From contig JAHQWK010000012.1 of NCBI GenBank assembly GCA_029856145.1, positions 115,714-179,713 on the forward strand: a DNA stretch of 64,000 nt, given 5' to 3'. Of this stretch, positions 60,595-64,000 are shown in pieces. The stretch comes from Promethearchaeia archaeon (GTDB taxonomy: Archaea; Asgardarchaeota; Lokiarchaeia; Sigyniarchaeales; SOKP01). Under the pieces are notes generated by a model that saw only the letters and a list, made by a program, of their open reading frames with translations, did not search any database and was not told the DNA's origin. How positions within the stretch are numbered: position 1 is the stretch's first letter; every line of letters starts with the position of its first letter. Both the position numbers and the translations under genes were made by a program.

Positions 60595-60708
60595 TTTTAT
60601 TCTCAGTTTTAGTTTTTTTTTTTTACTTTTATTATAGCTTGTTTTTTTTAGTTAAAAATTTTTATTTTTTTAACTTTTTTTTATTTTTTTTTTAATTCTA
60701 TTTTTAGA

Positions 60709-61323
60709 CTATTTAATATCTCGAACCATTAACCACATTGGTAAATTCAATTGTTCTGGAAGAATTATTTTTTTTTTAACAGAAAACCCATACTTTTCAT
60801 AGAGACTTACATTCTCTTCTTTTTGAGTCTCCAAATATATAGCTTTTCTTTCTATTTCAGCTTTTTCTATAACTGCTCTTAATAATTTTCCTCCAAAACC
60901 TTTTCCTTGAAATTCTTGTGAAACACCCATTATTAGTAGATGTATGTATGGGCCTAAATTAAGACTTTTCTTCGCTTCTTCAACTGCATTACTGAGAACT
61001 TTCATTATCTTTGATTCGCTTGCTATTTTCATAGAAAGAAAAAAAGCACCACTTCGAATAACTCTCAATGTTGTCATATCTTTATCATGAGGGGAAATTG
61101 CCATTACTCCTTCTAAATTATCAGATGTTGAGAAAACATTACCATATTTCAAACAAAATCTAACCATAACTTCAGTTAGTACACGGTTCTTATCTTCATC
61201 ATTAAATACTTCTTTCCACATTGAATCTTCAGAAAATGCATTATCGAGTACATTTACTGCGTTCTTAAGATCTTTTTTTTTTATTTTGTATAAATTATCT
61301 AATAAAGTACTTCCCTGTCCCAT
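60709..61323 (-). CDS. GNAT N-acetyltransferase (paralog of 27180..27782)
   Basis: AFSED, GVSQEFQGKGFG, YLET..N..YEKYGF. Confidence 0.88.
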   Translation of the reverse strand: MGQGSTLLDNLYKIKKKDLKNAVNVLDNAFSEDSMWKEVFNDEDKNRVLTEVMVRFCLKYGNVFSTSDNLEGVMAISPHDKDMTTLRVIRSGAFFLSMKIASESKIMKVLSNAVEEAKKSLNLGPYIHLLIMGVSQEFQGKGFGGKLLRAVIEKAEIERKAIYLETQKEENVSLYEKYGFSVKKKIILPEQLNLPMWLMVRDIK

Positions 61324-61400
61324 ATCAGCAACAGCTTCATAATTTTTATATTGTGTAATTTTTTATCACTGTTTTTTTTATTATTTTCAATTATTAGTTC

Positions 61401-62006
61401 TTAGAACTCTTTAGTTTTAGAGTTTTTGCTTAGCGCAATAAGGCCTCCAGATAATGTACCCAATAATATAGTAAGGGAAATGGCAACAACGAGAGATACA
61501 GTATCCCCATAAAGCAATGCAAAATTTATCCAAACAACTCCTATGGCTGTGCCTAACAGCCAACCAATTACTTCTTTATAATTATTTTTCTTTTTGCTTA
61601 ACGCAATAAGTCCTCCAGATGATACACCCAACAATATAGTAAAAGAAATGGCAACAACGAGAAACACCATATTCCCCAGTCCGAGTATTGCATAACTTAT
61701 CCAAACAACTGCTATAGATGCGCCAAATAACCAACCAAGTAGTTTTTTAAAATTAATTTCCGTTTTGCTTAACGCTATAAGACCTCCAGATAACGTACCC
61801 AATAATATAGTAACAGCAAGGGCAACAACGAGAAACACCATATTCCCTGCTCCGAGGAATGCAAAAGCTATCCAAACAACTGCTATAACTGCACCTAACA
61901 GTTCACCAACCAATGTTTTTAGATTATACAAATCTTCCACTCTCCAAATGATATTTTTATTTTCCTTTTTTATTATTGAAAAATTAACAGTAGGAATTAA
62001 TGACAT
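61401..62006 (-). CDS. Membrane protein built of three tandem helical-hairpin repeats
   Basis: 3x G.L.G..I.VVWI..A....V.LVVA...TILLG..SGGLIALSK. Confidence 0.75.
   Translation of the reverse strand: MSLIPTVNFSIIKKENKNIIWRVEDLYNLKTLVGELLGAVIAVVWIAFAFLGAGNMVFLVVALAVTILLGTLSGGLIALSKTEINFKKLLGWLFGASIAVVWISYAILGLGNMVFLVVAISFTILLGVSSGGLIALSKKKNNYKEVIGWLLGTAIGVVWINFALLYGDTVSLVVAISLTILLGTLSGGLIALSKNSKTKEF
61423..61920. repeat. Intragenic tandem repeat, 3 copies, period 168-171 bp
   Basis: Recurring tttgctta.cgc.ataag.cctccagat...aatatagtaa...ggcaacaacgaga at about 61425, 61593 and 61764. Confidence 0.85.
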
Positions 62007-62100
62007 AGGAAAAATGAAATATGTTAATAATTTTACCCTTATTATTTAAAAGCGTTTATTAGGGGTAAAGTTTTAATATTAAGCATTAATCCAAACAATT

Positions 62101-62709
62101 ATGAGTATATTTCAGATTTTAGCAATTTGCGGAATGCTTAGTCCAATCATTTATACAGCTATGTGGATCATTTGTGGTAGGTTAGATTCGAATTATAGTC
62201 ATACTCGAGACGATATTAGTTCGTTGTTTGCAGTTGGGGCGCCTAACAGGCGCTTAGCCCAGTCATTTGTGATTACAGAAAGTGTTTTATTGTTTGTATT
62301 TTTCATTGGATTACATTGGGGAATAAACGATGGAGGTGGTTCAATACTTGGACCTACATTCCTTTTAATAAGTTCAATTTTAGGAATACTTGTTGCTCTT
62401 TTTTTCCCTCTTGATGAGGGAGGTGAATTCACAACTTATAAAGGAAAAGGACATATAGCACTTGTGGTTCTAATGGGAATTTTTGCAATTGCTGGGATGG
62501 TGATGCTGTGGATTCGTTTGCAAAATGTACCCGGATGGAGTGGATTTGCCATTTTTTCACTTATTTTAGCTATAATCTCATTAATTGGTGTAATCATCTC
62601 GAGTATATTTGCAGCAGGTAAATATATGGGGATAATCGAAAGAATTATGGTTACACCCTATCAGCTCTTCTACTTTGTTCTTAGTTTGATGGTATTTTTA
62701 AATAATTAA
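62101..62709 (+). CDS. DUF998-family membrane protein
   Basis: YSH..D.ISSL.AVGAP, FPLD, H, GIIER. Confidence 0.82.
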   Translation: MSIFQILAICGMLSPIIYTAMWIICGRLDSNYSHTRDDISSLFAVGAPNRRLAQSFVITESVLLFVFFIGLHWGINDGGGSILGPTFLLISSILGILVALFFPLDEGGEFTTYKGKGHIALVVLMGIFAIAGMVMLWIRLQNVPGWSGFAIFSLILAIISLIGVIISSIFAAGKYMGIIERIMVTPYQLFYFVLSLMVFLNN

Positions 62710-62805
62710 CATATTTTACATTCAAGTCGAGAACCTAAATTAGATAAATTAAGGTCTTATACTATGAAACACAATAAATCATAAAAAAAAAATCAAAATT
62801 TTACT

Positions 62806-63627
62806 ATGCATCAAAGCGAAAAAGAGAAGGAAAAGGTTTACAAACTCAAGATAACTATCCTCTTCTTAACGTGTGGGTTAATAGTCTTCGTGGTTCCCGT
62901 TTTCATACAAGATATTATTAGAATTATATATTTCATTGCAATACCGCTCATTTTTCTAATTGTATCGATATTAGTTTACAGGAATACTCAACTAAACAAG
63001 TTTTTTCCTGTATTTTTTGCTTTTTTTATTGCATCTTTAGTTTTTTTTCTTCAAATGCCTTGGTCATCTGGTACAACGATTGAGAACATTGTTTATAATA
63101 AATTAATAAGTACATTGATAGTTCTCATCCCTATAATTGTTTTAACCAAGATTTCTAAAAATAATATGAGCTCTTTATTCATACAAAAAGGAAAAATACG
63201 ATTAAGTCTTATTTTCGGTTTGGCGACTTTTTCGATCTTTCTCCTAACGGCGTTGCCTACTTCTGTTTATCTCTTTGGAGGTCAAAATATACCTTTTGAT
63301 AGACTGATTTTGTTGTTTCCTTGGATTCTAGCATTCGTATTTTTGAATGGAATACGTGAAGAAATATTATTCAGGGGTCTTTTCTTGAAAAAGTATGATA
63401 ATTTCCTCGGTGTTGATACTTCCAATATATTGCAAGCAATGATCTTTGCATTGGCTCATCTCTCAGCACAATTAACGCCCTTTGTATTCATTTATCTTAT
63501 TCTTGCATTCTTTCTAGGATTAGCATTTGGTGGTGTTATACAAAAAACTGACAGCTTACTTGGTGCGATTTTATTTCATGCTGGAGCAGATATTCCTGTA
63601 ATAATTGCAGCATTTTCCTTCCTCTAG
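62806..63627 (+). CDS. CPBP (CAAX/Abi) intramembrane metalloprotease
   Basis: EEILFRG, FALAH, HAGAD. Confidence 0.9.
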   Translation: MHQSEKEKEKVYKLKITILFLTCGLIVFVVPVFIQDIIRIIYFIAIPLIFLIVSILVYRNTQLNKFFPVFFAFFIASLVFFLQMPWSSGTTIENIVYNKLISTLIVLIPIIVLTKISKNNMSSLFIQKGKIRLSLIFGLATFSIFLLTALPTSVYLFGGQNIPFDRLILLFPWILAFVFLNGIREEILFRGLFLKKYDNFLGVDTSNILQAMIFALAHLSAQLTPFVFIYLILAFFLGLAFGGVIQKTDSLLGAILFHAGADIPVIIAAFSFL

Positions 63628-63804
63628 TCCATTTCTCCATAAAACAAATTATATGAATCTAGATGGCAAGAACGGATTGAACCAATACATCTTGATAAAG
63701 ATCACAAATATTATGAAAAAGGCCATTTAAAAAGGAAGAGTCCAAGATTAATAATTAGGTTCTGCAATCTTGCATAACAGTTAGAATTTTGCTTTTTAAG
63801 TCTT

Positions 63805-64000
63805 TTAACTGTTGTAATCTTTTTCTAAAAATCTCAATTTTTGTTTGATTATATAACCGTAAATTAGAAGTGATTTGTTTTTCAATTTCCTGAATGAAAG
63901 TTTGCTGCATAATTGAGAATTGGTAAAACTGAATTTAAAGAAAAGGGTATAAAAATTCCCATTAAACATTTTTGTAGTTATTTTAGTACTACATTTCACT
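63805..64000 (-). CDS. Probable 3' end of a gene starting beyond the window
   Basis: Frame open to the window edge; no motif recognised. Confidence 0.35.
   Translation of the reverse strand, partial: VKCSTKITTKMFNGNFYTLFFKFSFTNSQLCSKLSFRKLKNKSLLIYGYIIKQKLRFLEKDYNS

Noticed and set aside
60595-60708. Long T-rich tract as a terminator
   Set aside because: The flanking genes are on the minus strand, where the tract is A-rich; treated as low complexity.
61423-61920. CRISPR-like repeat array
   Set aside because: Period of about 170 bp, in-frame and coding, with no unique spacers and no cas genes.
63630-63780. Short plus-strand protein-like stretch (YESRWQERIEP...)
   Set aside because: No convincing start and no recognisable motif.

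Overview
AT-rich archaeal window. Gene content (split Vhu/Mvh hydrogenase, two HdrBC sets plus HdrA, FwdA, Fae, a longin-like domain, a Sec-type UGA, a BHB-intron tRNA) points to an anaerobic Asgard archaeon, probably Lokiarchaeia; this is inference from protein families. 1-18.7 kb is a hydrogenase island: vhuG-vhuA-vhuU-hdrC-hdrB, hypC/D/E/F, a CooC-like ATPase, a divergent tusA-yeeE-dsrEFH-like relay operon and two toxin-antitoxin pairs. The ORF track misses three real genes: the 5' part of endonuclease V, a 48-aa selenoprotein VhuU with an in-frame UGA and a SECIS-like 3' structure, and a tRNA-Cys(GCA) with two introns. The middle holds two convergent purF paralogs (one lacking the catalytic Cys), fwdA, a multi-PAS histidine kinase and hdrCBA. 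The right part is accessory metabolism. The best candidates for an undescribed system are: (i) a two-gene operon of an unknown barrel-like protein and a non-DHDPS DapA-family aldolase fused to formaldehyde-activating enzyme; (ii) a glycyl radical enzyme with an atypical NNCMVP Cys loop; (iii) a GNAT and a B12-radical SAM ORF separated in frame by a single TAG. No CRISPR array, rRNA or transposase was seen.
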